Part shown: one piece after another, positions 63,824-64,000 of the stretch
Numbering within the stretch: the first letter of the stretch is position 1
Layout: each line of letters begins with the position of its first letter
Assembly (NCBI GenBank): GCA_038087875.1
Contig: JAXLNO010000511.1
Location: 124,001-188,000 of the forward strand
Origin: Malacoraja senta
Lineage: Eukaryota
DNA: 64,000 nt
Reading direction: 5' to 3'
The notes under the pieces: model-generated
What the model was told of the DNA's origin: nothing
The model's input: the letters and a program-made list of their open reading frames with translations, nothing else
Databases searched by the model: none
Translations under genes and position numbers: made by a program

Positions 63824-64000
63824 CCTCTCCGGGGCCTGGGAATGGGGAAGATGCTGCTGCTCCTTCATCTCCTCATCAGAACATCACAACCACCAGGAAT
63901 CGGTGTCAGTGAGGAGTGGATCACTGACAGTAATATTGATCTGGGAGGCCATTTAGACCATCTCCCTCATCTTTCTTTTTGTCTGTCTCCATCTGACAAC
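63824..64000 (+). repeat. Right arm of the inverted repeat (runs off the window)
   Basis: Colinear inverted match to 63104-63287 with several indels; the homology is still continuing at the last base. Confidence 0.9.

Overview
Repeat-dominated vertebrate DNA, most likely from a cartilaginous fish (shark, ray or skate), judged from the HER1-type CR1 LINE 3' ends. From left to right: (1) a young CR1/HER1 LINE ORF2 lacking its 3' tail (1-2207), fused to two L1 fragments joined tail-to-tail (ORF2 C-terminus on +, 5' UTR and ORF1 on -); (2) a ~52.6-kb array of a CpG-rich 25-bp satellite (consensus GCTGAATTTTCGTCGCTTTTCGCGT) organised into several higher-order-repeat domains, whose many short ORFs are artefacts; (3) a DIRS gag-repeat fragment and a degenerate DIRS retrotransposon (gag, RT, RNase H, MT; recombinase truncated); (4) an older CR1 3' fragment; (5) ~2.7 kb of mostly unique DNA holding a 124-nt PRDM9-type KRAB exon on the minus strand, and a CpG-island promoter lying between two diverged inverted repeat arms. 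The best candidate for new biology is this PRDM9/SSX-like KRAB locus, possibly a head-to-head duplicated pair, pointing into the satellite block. No SET or zinc-finger exons were seen in the window. All alignments and spacings were done by eye, and reference sequences are recalled from memory.
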